Source: a virus
Taxonomy: Duplodnaviria; Caudoviricetes
Reading direction: 5' to 3' (one strand)
Length of the DNA stretch: 64,000 nucleotides
IMG/VR virus record: IMGVR_UViG_3300028591_000206
Coordinates: 1,941-65,940 of that record
The position numbers were made by a program, and so were the translations under genes. The notes beneath the pieces are model-generated. The model did no database searches and had not been told where the DNA came from. It saw only the letters and a list, made by a program, of their open reading frames with translations. Of this stretch, positions 41,484 to 51,553 are shown piece after piece. Each line of letters opens with the position of its first letter. Position 1 is the stretch's first letter.

Positions 41484-43103
41484 TCATCCTTTGAATTGAA
41501 AATGCCATTTATAAGGTATACTTCCATAAGGATATATAATGTAATAAACATCTATTGGAGTAAGATTTTGAGGATCATCTTTAAACATATTAATAAATTC
41601 AGAAACAGAATGTGTTTGTGAATTTGTTATAGTAATAACTTTAGAGTCCGTTTTAGTGTTACCATTTTTATAAACAGATAATATTGAGTATTTTACTTGC
41701 TGAGGATTATTAACTGTAATTGTATTTTCAAATTCAGTTAAAATATCAAGATTGCTTAATGTATATAATCCAGGTTCTTTCGTTGTTTGTATATCAGTAT
41801 GATTTAAAATATAGTGTCTATATGATGTATTAGTTTGAGACTCTAATATTTCCCAAGTGTAATTGTCACACATTCCAGTTTCTACAAGGTCATTTTCTTG
41901 TTGAAATCTTTTAATGTAACTTTCTGTTTTTGAATCAAAAGTACCATTTTCATAATCTTTAAAATTTTCATATAATGTTGATAATGCATTTTGTAATATA
42001 GTTACTTGAGCACCAGTATCACCATATTTTAATAATTCAAATGTATATGAATCTTTATTATTATCTAAATAATGATAAACGTCATTTAATGCAACATATC
42101 CATCTTTTGTTTGATAAAAGGTTTCTAAATCATTATTGACTTTACTAAATACTTCAACAGAAGCCAAATATGCTAATGTTTGTGTAATAGAAGAATTGCG
42201 GTCTGGAGAATGATAAACTAAAGCTCCAGATTTATTAATTACTTGTACAAATTGACTATCAGTACCAAATTTTGTGTATTGTAATAATTTAGTATATACT
42301 CCATTATCAACAATACCATCTACAATTAATCCTTGAGTAGATTGAAAATCACGAACAGCTTGGTCTGTAATTCTATCAAATTTATAAGTAATAGGCATTT
42401 CTCTATTTAGAGCAATGTTTAGAAGTTGTTGGACACCAGCAATATCGCTACCCATCATTGGTCTATTATTAGTAATTAAATATAAAACTCTATTTAAAGG
42501 TTTTATTTCTTGATTATCATTATAAGCATCACTTTGTCTAGCTTGTTCATCAACATAAAAGTTATTTAAAACACCAGTGCTTGTTGTATATAAAGTTTTA
42601 TCTGTTTTAGATGCAGTTATAACGTTTTTATCAAAAACAGAAATTTCTCTAGCTACAAACTTAAATACATTCTCAGTAAATAAATCTTCTATGGAAAGAG
42701 TTTGAGCTTCATCTGTAAAATCTATTCCATAAATGAACATACTACAAGAACTACCATATTCATTTGAAGACACGATCATAATATCAAATAATGGTAATTC
42801 ATCTACTTTTAAAGTAGGATAGTTACTTAAATAAGGAGCTGAATCTTGTAATTCTCTTAACCAATGTTTATTAATAAGAGTAAAAACCATAGTGCCAGCA
42901 TATATTCTTGAGCCTCTGGTAATACCGTTAATATTAGTACGACCTATATTTATTACTGGTACTTTGTTTCTATACATTGAGTAGCTTATTGTTGTTAAAG
43001 AACCAATAACTATTGGTTTAAGTCCTGGAAACATTAAAAAGGCAATGGTATCTGTACCAGAGAAAGATTGATAAAACTTAGAAACAGAAGTACCTTTTTC
43101 CAT
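41484..43103 (-). CDS. Tail-tube-fold protein (tube initiator-like) fused to PG-binding, SH3-like and second PG-binding domains
   Basis: N-terminal 'SFSGTD...IGSLTTISYS...RGSRIYAGTMVF...LPLFDI...FVAREI' mirrors the tube gene; 'VRDFQSTQGLIVDGIVD' and 'LKYGDTGAQVTILQNAL...FQQENDLVETG'. Confidence 0.7.
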   Translation of the reverse strand: MEKGTSVSKFYQSFSGTDTIAFLMFPGLKPIVIGSLTTISYSMYRNKVPVINIGRTNINGITRGSRIYAGTMVFTLINKHWLRELQDSAPYLSNYPTLKVDELPLFDIMIVSSNEYGSSCSMFIYGIDFTDEAQTLSIEDLFTENVFKFVAREISVFDKNVITASKTDKTLYTTSTGVLNNFYVDEQARQSDAYNDNQEIKPLNRVLYLITNNRPMMGSDIAGVQQLLNIALNREMPITYKFDRITDQAVRDFQSTQGLIVDGIVDNGVYTKLLQYTKFGTDSQFVQVINKSGALVYHSPDRNSSITQTLAYLASVEVFSKVNNDLETFYQTKDGYVALNDVYHYLDNNKDSYTFELLKYGDTGAQVTILQNALSTLYENFKDYENGTFDSKTESYIKRFQQENDLVETGMCDNYTWEILESQTNTSYRHYILNHTDIQTTKEPGLYTLSNLDILTEFENTITVNNPQQVKYSILSVYKNGNTKTDSKVITITNSQTHSVSEFINMFKDDPQNLTPIDVYYIIYPYGSIPYKWHFQFKG

Positions 43104-43129
43104 GTTATCTTTCTCTCCTTTCTTTTAAA

Positions 43130-43158
43130 ATTATAACAAAGGATAATATTTAATACAA
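43130..43158 (-). promoter_or_regulatory. Sigma-A-like promoter TTGTAT-N17-TATAAT with extended TG
   Basis: Minus strand ttgtat taaatattatcctttgt tataat, between the tube terminator and the RBS of the 539-aa gene. Confidence 0.55.
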
Positions 43159-43169
43159 GAAAATAAGGC

Positions 43170-43205
43170 GAGCCCTACATGTGAAGTACAACACATGTAG
43201 GGCTC
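43170..43205 (-). terminator. Hairpin terminator after the major tail tube gene
   Basis: 14-bp perfect stem gagccctacatgtg / cacatgtagggctc, 8-nt loop, followed on the minus strand by gccttattttctt. Confidence 0.7.
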
Positions 43206-43245
43206 AATATATTTATGAGAGGTATGAAAAAATTAGATTTTTACT

Positions 43246-44175
43246 TTAAACACCACTCATGTTGGTATCACTTGTAACGTCATTTACAAGTTTACCAATG
43301 ATAGTACCATTGCTCTCACGAGTATAAACGCCACGAATTAATGGACTTAATCTACGAGCAATCCATGTAAGCTGTCTGCTCATGATTACAGTATCAACTG
43401 ATGCGCCAGAACTCTCGTTAAGAATATCAACGTCATAAATCTTCTGGAAAGCTGTATGACCATATTCAGAACCAAATGTAAGAGTAATATCAAATGGTGG
43501 TAATGTATCAGCATAAATTACGTTTTGTCCACGAATAGGAGCAAAACCAGCTGGAACATTGATTGTATCAGCAGCATCGTTATCCCAAGACTCTGGATGT
43601 GGATCAACGAAACCATTCGAATCAATTGTAGGCTTGTTATTTGAACCAGGTGCTGTTTGTGCTTTAATATTGTTGCTATATGCACCAGAACGTCCAGTTC
43701 CTTGTGATGTAGTTGTATTAGAGAATGAGAATCCATATCCAGCTCTATCGTTTGTAGAAACAGCATTTTGTTCATAGATAGGATTGTTATTATCTGAAAT
43801 GCCGTTAGCTGTATATGTTACTGTCTGATTCCATTTAATCATATCCATAGCATTTGTAAAATCTTCTGAACGAGATAATACATTGTTTGCAGCAGCTGTA
43901 AACATAGCTGATGGAGCGATGTCTTGCCATACTGTCTGTAAAGCTTCTACTAAGGAATCATGATCAAATACTGCAAATACCATAGACCCTGCAATACCTC
44001 TTTTTCCTCTTGAGAAAGAACGAGCGTCTGCTGAACCACATGTAAATACAGGAGCTTTATCTCTTTGTACAGCCCAAGAAATCTGCTGTAACTCACCAAT
44101 GGCTTTATTAGCAAAGGTAGCAACAAGGTCTGCACCAGAAAAGCTAGTTAATGTGCTAATGGTTGGACTTGCCAT
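43246..44175 (-). CDS. Major tail tube protein
   Basis: Immediately downstream of the sheath; strong RBS; flanked by hairpins; 'SFSGAD...RGKRGIAGSMVF...LPPFDITLTF'. Confidence 0.8.
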   Translation of the reverse strand: MASPTISTLTSFSGADLVATFANKAIGELQQISWAVQRDKAPVFTCGSADARSFSRGKRGIAGSMVFAVFDHDSLVEALQTVWQDIAPSAMFTAAANNVLSRSEDFTNAMDMIKWNQTVTYTANGISDNNNPIYEQNAVSTNDRAGYGFSFSNTTTSQGTGRSGAYSNNIKAQTAPGSNNKPTIDSNGFVDPHPESWDNDAADTINVPAGFAPIRGQNVIYADTLPPFDITLTFGSEYGHTAFQKIYDVDILNESSGASVDTVIMSRQLTWIARRLSPLIRGVYTRESNGTIIGKLVNDVTSDTNMSGV

Positions 44176-44205
44176 ATCTTTTCCTCCTTGAATTATTTTA
44201 TGTAT

Positions 44206-44237
44206 GTCTAAGCGGTTAATTAATTAACCGCTTAGAC
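44206..44237. repeat. Perfect 32-bp palindrome between the sheath and tube genes
   Basis: gtctaagcggttaattaattaaccgcttagac equals its own reverse complement; no U-tract on either side. Confidence 0.85.
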
Positions 44238-44256
44238 GGGATAATTTGTGATTATA

Positions 44257-46926
44257 TTACTCAGCTGCTCTAAGAGCTACTACAGTAGTAATTCTCTTTA
44301 AGGTCATTGCTGGGATGATAGTAAGAGCAATACTTGCTTCGCCAAGTAATTGTTGCTGAATTGTAGCACTTACTTCGAATTCATAGCTTTGAATCTCACC
44401 AAGTTCAACAAGTTTTGCTAATCTCTTAGAGATTAAAGCTGAAAGAGCATTACGCTGTTCAACAGTATTTTGCTCACCAATAAATGGATCAGCTACTTGT
44501 CTTACATTATCTACTACATCAGTTACTATCTTAACGATAGCAATATCTGAATAATCACATCCAGGTGCGCCAGCTGTTACTCCATCTACTACATAAGGAA
44601 TAGAAGAAGCTGTTGATGTTGCACCCTCGTTCTTCAGTTTGAAGCAAACCATTCTGCTACCAACAATAGCATTCATTTGTTTGTTAGAGAACTTAAATTT
44701 AATTCCACTAACATTTCTAAGAGCCTTGTTAAGAGGAGAAGATTGTGGCTGTAACTGAGCATTAAGTGCTGCGTAAGCTATTGCTGGTGAGCCATAGTAT
44801 GTTCCAAGAGTATCAGAATTCATAACTACTTCTGGACCAACAACAACAGATGTATACCAACCAATATCCATTGGTTTGTTATTAGTATCATAGATAACAT
44901 CACCATTCTGATCAGTCATGTAGTAAATATTTGTATGAGTATTAACAAGTTTAGCTACATAAGCATCAATGCCAACCATTGTAGTATTACTATTAGGTTT
45001 AACATCAATAAATCCATGTGTCATCTTTGTTCTGTATGTTAATACAGCACAAACAAGTGCTAATTCTCTCTGGAAATCAGAATGAGGATTTACCGTTTGA
45101 ACAGCATCTGCATATACACCAGCTGGATAAATATAGTCAACATTGTAGTTTTCAAGAATCTGATATGCACCCTGAGTCTTAAGATATCCAATCATATCTT
45201 CTGTAACTACAGCATCAGAGTAAGCTGAAATAGGTTGACCTACATCATCAATTGTATATCTTTCACCAGATAATGCGATGAATAACTGATTATTTGTAAG
45301 TTTAATACCATCTTCTCCGCCTTCTGAAAGAGCAGTAACTGGAGTAACTGAAAGCTGGTCAAGAGAATCTGTTCCTTCACCATGAACAATTTCGATTTCG
45401 AACATATTAAGGTTGTTCGAATCGTTCTTCATTGCAAGGATAAGATCATCTACAGTTGGATAATATTTAGAAGAATATGAATAGCTCTTTGCAATTTTAG
45501 CTGTAGGTCTTGTAAATATTACTTCTGTATATGTTTTGTTATCTGTTGCATCAAGAACTTTCTTAACTTCAACAGTTGCGTCCTTGTATAAAGAACCACC
45601 CCATTGAGATTTAATTTTTAACTCAAGGTCAGATAATATAGGCTTCATATATGTATATGTAGCCTTAATTACGCTACCAACTGCAAAATTAGAAGAGTCT
45701 TTAACAATAAGGCTTGAGCCATTAACTTCAAATGTTGTATTGAAATCACTATTTGGATCGTTGTCTACTACAAAAGATGTTGAAGTTGATGTTAATAAAT
45801 CTGTAACAGTAACAAGCTTTAATACTGCTCTATCTTTAGTATCTAATGCTGAGATATCTAAAGAAGATTGAGGAACATCTGAATTGAATGAATCATGGAA
45901 TGTTCTTGTTACAGTTACCATCTGATATGGATAATAAGTTAAAGTAAATTCATCACCATCAGCAATACTAGCTGGAGCATTAGTAAATGTTACAGTATAA
46001 GTTGTACCATCAGAAGATAATACGCCAGTATAATCAGCTGGATCAATAGCACCAGCAGCATTTGAAAGTTTAAAACCTTCTGCATTAAATGATGCATCGA
46101 TATCTGGAAGTAGTGAGCAAATATTCTTGTCTTGTGCAACAAAGTTTGTAGGACTCTCTACACTAAGAGTAAATGCAACACTAAAAGTATTATTACCTGT
46201 ATCTTCTACAACTTGTGCAGTATCAGAAGCATGAGAAACAATACCATCAGCATCATCGTTTTGAGAACCTTGGAATTCAAAGCCTTCACAATGAACACTG
46301 ATATCATTTACCATTGTATAAGAGTTTTCTTTAATCTTAAATCCTCTATATGCAAGCCATTCAGCTTTGTCACTAAGAGTGCCAAGACCAACATCAACAC
46401 CATTAATAGTAATTGTATTATCAATACCATCAATGTATGCTTTTGAAACAAGAATTTTGTCTGGGATTGTTCCATCATCATTAGCTGGCGGATTAGTAAA
46501 GTCATACTGGAATTCTGGATTACCAAGAATATGTCCATTATCTTCGCCTTCAGCTGGTACTACGCTATCAGTAACTTGTTCTTCATCAATTTGCTCGTCA
46601 CCATAAATAGTAGTATAAGCTTGTGATCCAGAAATTCTCATGCAACGAACATCATCAAATCCGTTCTTAAATGCTTGTTTAGCATATTTAGTAAGAGTAG
46701 TACCATTAGGATATCCATCGCTGTTAACTTCCTTACCAAATACTTGAGATACAGTTGTCGCATCTATTTTCACAGGTTCATAGATAGGACCATCTGTAGC
46801 TGTACCAAGAATTAATAAACTCTTGGTAGAAGCTGTATCTGTTGCTCTAGATGTCAACTGTAATCCACCATCCTTGAACTCTACAAGATGTCCAGGGAGA
46901 TTAGAGTATAAATTTGTTACAGCCAT
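44257..46926 (-). CDS. Major tail sheath protein (889 aa, with large acidic insertion)
   Basis: 'LPGHLVEFKD...LILGTATDGPIYEP' N-terminus; C-terminal 'VVDGVT...VKIVTDVVDNVRQVADPFIGEQN...LGEASIALTIIP'; AAAGGAGG RBS. Confidence 0.9.
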   Translation of the reverse strand: MAVTNLYSNLPGHLVEFKDGGLQLTSRATDTASTKSLLILGTATDGPIYEPVKIDATTVSQVFGKEVNSDGYPNGTTLTKYAKQAFKNGFDDVRCMRISGSQAYTTIYGDEQIDEEQVTDSVVPAEGEDNGHILGNPEFQYDFTNPPANDDGTIPDKILVSKAYIDGIDNTITINGVDVGLGTLSDKAEWLAYRGFKIKENSYTMVNDISVHCEGFEFQGSQNDDADGIVSHASDTAQVVEDTGNNTFSVAFTLSVESPTNFVAQDKNICSLLPDIDASFNAEGFKLSNAAGAIDPADYTGVLSSDGTTYTVTFTNAPASIADGDEFTLTYYPYQMVTVTRTFHDSFNSDVPQSSLDISALDTKDRAVLKLVTVTDLLTSTSTSFVVDNDPNSDFNTTFEVNGSSLIVKDSSNFAVGSVIKATYTYMKPILSDLELKIKSQWGGSLYKDATVEVKKVLDATDNKTYTEVIFTRPTAKIAKSYSYSSKYYPTVDDLILAMKNDSNNLNMFEIEIVHGEGTDSLDQLSVTPVTALSEGGEDGIKLTNNQLFIALSGERYTIDDVGQPISAYSDAVVTEDMIGYLKTQGAYQILENYNVDYIYPAGVYADAVQTVNPHSDFQRELALVCAVLTYRTKMTHGFIDVKPNSNTTMVGIDAYVAKLVNTHTNIYYMTDQNGDVIYDTNNKPMDIGWYTSVVVGPEVVMNSDTLGTYYGSPAIAYAALNAQLQPQSSPLNKALRNVSGIKFKFSNKQMNAIVGSRMVCFKLKNEGATSTASSIPYVVDGVTAGAPGCDYSDIAIVKIVTDVVDNVRQVADPFIGEQNTVEQRNALSALISKRLAKLVELGEIQSYEFEVSATIQQQLLGEASIALTIIPAMTLKRITTVVALRAAE

Positions 46927-46947
46927 CGTTTTTCCTCCTTTATGAGA

Positions 46948-47787
46948 TTATTTGTAAGTTATTCCGTTGTCTCCATCAAAAAAATCTAATTCAATCACAT
47001 CTCTTTTTTCTTTTGATTCTAGCAACGTTTTAACTTCTGTAGAAGTGACTTGATTAGCACCGATTTTAGCATTAATTGTATTGATAGTGCTTACCTTAAC
47101 TGGTGTTACACTTTCAAACCTTACATAATATAATATACAGCGCATAGGAGTGTTTTCGCTAAAATTCAAAGAACTTTTTGGAGAAATTTCACGTAAAAAG
47201 AAAATTTCTGCTAATCCTTTACGTTTTAAATATCCAGAATATACCATTATAAGCTGTTCAAAGCGTTGTAATAGTTCTCTACATTCTTTATTATTTCTAG
47301 CAAAGATATCAAATTCTATATTTGCATCAAACCATTGCCTATACATTAGATAAGATTCTCCAGTTTCTTTTCCAGTTGAATCTTTTTCTATTTGTACATC
47401 CATAAGCATAGGTTTTAATGGGAATCCTTCTGTAATATCTCTAGTGTTAATATCAATAAGAATTTGTGGAAGAACAATATTAGCACTATTTTCTCCAGTT
47501 TTTATATCTAATGAAAGTTCTCCCCAATCATCACCCCATGCAGCGTTACATAATTCTTTTAATATTCTAGCTAAATCTTCTACATTAGAAATATTACCAT
47601 CTGCCTTATTATAATAACTTACTTCATGATCAGTACCAATTGCACTTTCAGTAACATGAACACGAGCAGCATCAGAATTTTTAAATACTTTTTGATTGCC
47701 AGAAATAATTGCTTGAGATGCATTTTCTGTGTCATTTAAGTCTTTAAAATAATTATTATATATTTCTTCATTAGTTAATTTATGCAT
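46948..47787 (-). CDS. Tail terminator/completion-like protein
   Basis: Position between the sheath paralogues; 'QWFDANIEFDIFARNNKECRELLQRFEQLI' is typical of tail-completion folds. Confidence 0.55.
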   Translation of the reverse strand: MHKLTNEEIYNNYFKDLNDTENASQAIISGNQKVFKNSDAARVHVTESAIGTDHEVSYYNKADGNISNVEDLARILKELCNAAWGDDWGELSLDIKTGENSANIVLPQILIDINTRDITEGFPLKPMLMDVQIEKDSTGKETGESYLMYRQWFDANIEFDIFARNNKECRELLQRFEQLIMVYSGYLKRKGLAEIFFLREISPKSSLNFSENTPMRCILYYVRFESVTPVKVSTINTINAKIGANQVTSTEVKTLLESKEKRDVIELDFFDGDNGITYK

Positions 47788-47801
47788 AAGTAATCTCCGT
47801 T

Positions 47802-49388
47802 TTATTCTTCAGGTTCTATATTAATAATCGAATTAATTTTTACAGATTTAGTCATAAAATTTGTAATCATGTCTAAATTAACTATCAGTGTTCCTTCTTG
47901 GTAATTAGGTTCTAAAGTAAAATGATAGTTTGTAATGACATTCTTTGAAACAAGAACACTTAATATATTTTCAATATTATTATTAATAATACTTTTTTCT
48001 ATTAATTCTCTAAGATTTAAACCAATATAAAATTGAAATAAACGGTTAAGAAAAGATATACACATTTGTATCATTCGAACATTACAATATAATACAAATT
48101 GAGATTCTTTTCGTGTTGTTGCAGTAATTCCATCATACACAACAACTGTGTTATATAAAGGACTATGCCTAAAAGTAACTATTCCATTATTTGCAAGGTC
48201 AGTTAATACTTCTTCTGAAAATTCATTATATAATCTAATATTATTAGATATTGGTATATTAGTGTTTCCAACATTTAATTGAATAGAAGCATTAAAAGCT
48301 CCATAAGCTAAATACCCATTATCTATAATTGTGTTATGATTATATCCTATATCTCCAGCAACACATGACACTAAAAAGCTATATGCTGGATTAATACACA
48401 TATGTCTATTATATTCAAGACATCTTTTATACATAACAGCAACTTCATCTGATTCATATAGATAATCTGTTGTATAAGATTTTACTGAATTAAAACCTAA
48501 GATTCCTGTTGTTACACATCCAAAGTTCAGTTGCTTAATGCAAAATTCAATTAGCTGATTCATGAACGATCTTGGGTTTCCAAAAGTATCTGGGGTAAGA
48601 TAATCTTTAGTAGACTGATAGTATTTCATGTTATATTGCCACTCTTGAGCATCAGAATCATCTGGGTATAAATCATCAAGAAATGCATCAACTGGTATAA
48701 CAATATCTATCGGAAGAGATTCTAATATATTGTAAGTACGATCAAGACAAGTATATAATAAATTCTTTGTATATCCAAGCCCACATTGACCACCATATAA
48801 ACATACTATATCTGGATTACATACATAAAATGCATCTTTTGTTTTTGTACTTGGGTCAACCATGTAATTTGCATTAATATAGCTACGTTTATTTTTAGTA
48901 TCTTTATTAATGGCATTTGCAAGTAATTCTATAGTGTAATATTTATTAAAGTCATATGTTAATCTATGTTGAGGAACATTTAAATCGTCTGGGAATACAA
49001 TTGTTAATGAATCTATATCAATTTCTATTTTTACATCATTATATATTTCATTAGACTCAGAAGCCATCAATATAAAAGCATTACTAATGATTTCTTCGTC
49101 TATAATATTTACATTTAAATAAGCAATGGCATGTTCTCCAGTAGTTTTTACTAAATATACTTCATTGTCTTTTGTTGTATATTTAACTGCATGAAATGCA
49201 TCTATTAACGTGCCTGTTTTACCAAATTTATTATATAATCCAATAGTAGATTTTATTTTTATAGGTTCGTTTGTTGGTCCATATTCAGCTGAACCAATAA
49301 GATATAATTTTTTGCCATGAAGTTTATCGCTCATAATATCTTGTATTAAAGAGCGAATTTGAGAATTTAATGAAGATCCGATGGCCAT
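47802..49388 (-). CDS. Second tail-sheath-like protein (528 aa)
   Basis: 'LYLIGSAEYGPTNEP...FGKTGTLIDAF' and 'VVVYDGIT...NVRMIQ...FYIG...VITNYHF' align by eye with the major sheath. Confidence 0.75.
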   Translation of the reverse strand: MAIGSSLNSQIRSLIQDIMSDKLHGKKLYLIGSAEYGPTNEPIKIKSTIGLYNKFGKTGTLIDAFHAVKYTTKDNEVYLVKTTGEHAIAYLNVNIIDEEIISNAFILMASESNEIYNDVKIEIDIDSLTIVFPDDLNVPQHRLTYDFNKYYTIELLANAINKDTKNKRSYINANYMVDPSTKTKDAFYVCNPDIVCLYGGQCGLGYTKNLLYTCLDRTYNILESLPIDIVIPVDAFLDDLYPDDSDAQEWQYNMKYYQSTKDYLTPDTFGNPRSFMNQLIEFCIKQLNFGCVTTGILGFNSVKSYTTDYLYESDEVAVMYKRCLEYNRHMCINPAYSFLVSCVAGDIGYNHNTIIDNGYLAYGAFNASIQLNVGNTNIPISNNIRLYNEFSEEVLTDLANNGIVTFRHSPLYNTVVVYDGITATTRKESQFVLYCNVRMIQMCISFLNRLFQFYIGLNLRELIEKSIINNNIENILSVLVSKNVITNYHFTLEPNYQEGTLIVNLDMITNFMTKSVKINSIINIEPEE

Positions 49389-49960
49389 ATATATTTACCT
49401 CCCTTCAGTAATTCCTTTATAGCTTTACGAGGTAATGTTTTTATAGTCTTTGAAAAAGTATCTATTAAATCAGTACGATTATTAGTTAAACAAGCAAAGA
49501 ATTCTGTTCTTCCATTGTCACCACGAGTATCCCAAATATTGATTAATTCTAATACTTTAACAACATCAACAGGATTTTGTTCTTTGTCCCATGTAACTTT
49601 AATAATAAAATCTCTTTCTTTTGGAGTATATTGATATTTAAGATAATAAATTTCGTTCTTTTGGTCAGTAACACCTATTGGAAGTTTATTAATATTATTT
49701 GTAGAAGAATAAGGTGAATTACTAGATTCTATTGCTGGTATCATTTGAATAGAATTAAAATATCCAGAGCCATGACAATATGGACAATTAGTTTTTCCTG
49801 TTTTATTTAGATCGTCAAAACATTTACATTTAACAAATTTATTATTTCTGATATAAAGCACATTAATCCCAAATTCTTCTGTAAGAATCTGGGTTTCATG
49901 TCGCAAATCAATATTTACGTTTCTAAATTCGGTTCCTATTTTATCAGAAAAAATATACAT
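49367..49960 (-). CDS. Head-closure/neck protein with Zn-finger-like CxC...CxxC
   Basis: Position between adaptor and tail genes; 'KCKCF...CPYCHGSGY'. Confidence 0.5.
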   Translation of the reverse strand: MYIFSDKIGTEFRNVNIDLRHETQILTEEFGINVLYIRNNKFVKCKCFDDLNKTGKTNCPYCHGSGYFNSIQMIPAIESSNSPYSSTNNINKLPIGVTDQKNEIYYLKYQYTPKERDFIIKVTWDKEQNPVDVVKVLELINIWDTRGDNGRTEFFACLTNNRTDLIDTFSKTIKTLPRKAIKELLKGGKYIWPSDLH

Positions 49961-49981
49961 ATTATAAACCTATTATAAAAT

Positions 49982-50827
49982 TTACCACGTAGTATCTCTG
50001 CCCCAATCATCATCATACTTATAATTAGTTCCAGCCTTAATTGCAGAAGCAACTACATTTGTGCCTCTTATAACTTTATCAGCTTCATCTAATCTTTTTT
50101 TAAGTAAATCCAATAAATTATCTATATAAGGCAATTTTGTGGTTTTTTCAATTTTAATATCACCAATATTTTTTAATTCACTACCGTATTTATAAGATAT
50201 TCCAAAGTAACGAGCAAGTGTTAAATCAATATCTGTTTTATATCTTACCCAGTTATTAACAGCTTTATAAGTAGTTGTATAAATTCCATCTTCATCTTGT
50301 TCATACGTTACATTTTCAATTGGAGTTTCTAAAGCAGCAAGAGAATCAATTAAATCAATGACAGCAAGACTATTATCATATATTTTACTGTTAATGTATT
50401 CTTCAGTAAAACCATCTATAAATTCTCCTATGTCTTCATATATCTTTTTAGAACTTGTAAACATAGGATTTCTTTTAGAATTAAATGTCCATTCATAAAC
50501 ATCTTTATCTATTGCAATACCAATATGATATTTATTATTTTCATTTAATCTAATATTTGAATCAAATCTAGTTAAAATCGAATTAGTATTAGTTTTACCT
50601 AAATTAATTAATGATTTATTTGTATCAGTAACATAATTTAATAATACTTCTGAATTATCTGGTATATCAATAGCAAAGACTACTTTGCCGTTTTCAACAA
50701 AGTAGTCTTCGTTTTCTGTAAGTAAATTGCCATTAAAAAATACGGACTTAATATCAGATAAATTATAATTTGATATAATGTTATTCTTTTTTGTTACTTT
50801 TGTTTCGCTTATTGAATATTGTTTCAT
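49982..50827 (-). CDS. Head-tail adaptor/neck protein
   Basis: 'PMFTSSKKI...KIYDNSL...ELKNIGDIKIEK' helical adaptor-like pattern; position upstream of the closure and sheath genes. Confidence 0.5.
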   Translation of the reverse strand: MKQYSISETKVTKKNNIISNYNLSDIKSVFFNGNLLTENEDYFVENGKVVFAIDIPDNSEVLLNYVTDTNKSLINLGKTNTNSILTRFDSNIRLNENNKYHIGIAIDKDVYEWTFNSKRNPMFTSSKKIYEDIGEFIDGFTEEYINSKIYDNSLAVIDLIDSLAALETPIENVTYEQDEDGIYTTTYKAVNNWVRYKTDIDLTLARYFGISYKYGSELKNIGDIKIEKTTKLPYIDNLLDLLKKRLDEADKVIRGTNVVASAIKAGTNYKYDDDWGRDTTW

Positions 50828-51519
50828 ATAGCTTTACCTTGTTCGTCATCATCTTTAATAGCTTTTTGATTTCTTTTAACTTTTACTAATTCATCAAGTT
50901 CTTTTGCTTTTTCATCAGAAATAACTGGTAATTTAATTGATTGCTCATAGCCAGCTTTTGCATGAGAATTTCCACCCATTGCTTGATAAGGAATATAGAT
51001 ACTATCAAGAGTAGCTTTTTCTTTTATAGTAATTGCTCCTCGTTCAATGATCTTGTCAGTCATAAATACCAACTTATCATGAGCAAGTCCTACAACTGCT
51101 TTACATAGTTCATTTTGACTATTAGCAATTTTATTTAAAGCTTGTTCTACTTTTAAATCATTGGACTTAAATTGTTCTAATGTATCAAGCAATTTTTTTA
51201 AGTCTTCGTTATGATTTTTTATTAAGTTTTTTATATTACTATCGTGAATATTAAATCTTTCAGCGCCTGTTTTTTCACGTTCATCAAGACCTTCTTGTAT
51301 TTTTTTCTCTAATTTATTAAATCTTTCAACGCCTGTTTTTTCACGTTCTTCAAGACCGCTTTGTATTTTTTTCTCTAGTTGGTCAAATCGTTCATTAATA
51401 TTCTTATCTTCTTTTGAGTCTTTTCTTTGAATTAAAAATTGAAGAAAAGAGAAAAATGCTCCAGAGCCAAGAATAGTTAAAACAATTTGCATTGTTATAG
51501 CATTATCCATACTACTCAC
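50824..51519 (-). CDS. Membrane-anchored coiled-coil protein (holin-like family common in Firmicutes phages)
   Basis: N-terminal TM 'IVLTILGSGAFFSFLQFLI'; C-terminal 'LDSIYIPYQAMGGNSHAK'; internal 22-aa duplication. Confidence 0.55.
   Translation of the reverse strand: MSSMDNAITMQIVLTILGSGAFFSFLQFLIQRKDSKEDKNINERFDQLEKKIQSGLEEREKTGVERFNKLEKKIQEGLDEREKTGAERFNIHDSNIKNLIKNHNEDLKKLLDTLEQFKSNDLKVEQALNKIANSQNELCKAVVGLAHDKLVFMTDKIIERGAITIKEKATLDSIYIPYQAMGGNSHAKAGYEQSIKLPVISDEKAKELDELVKVKRNQKAIKDDDEQGKAI
51251..51382. repeat. Tandem 66-bp duplication (22-aa repeat) within the holin-like gene
   Basis: ttaaatctttcagcgcctgttttttcacgttc... at 51251 repeats at 51317 with a few substitutions; protein ERF(D/N)(Q/K)LEKKIQ(S/E)GL(E/D)EREKTG(V/A) twice. 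Confidence 0.9.
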
Positions 51520-51553
51520 ATATTACCCCTTCATGTTAAACACATTGCAAATA

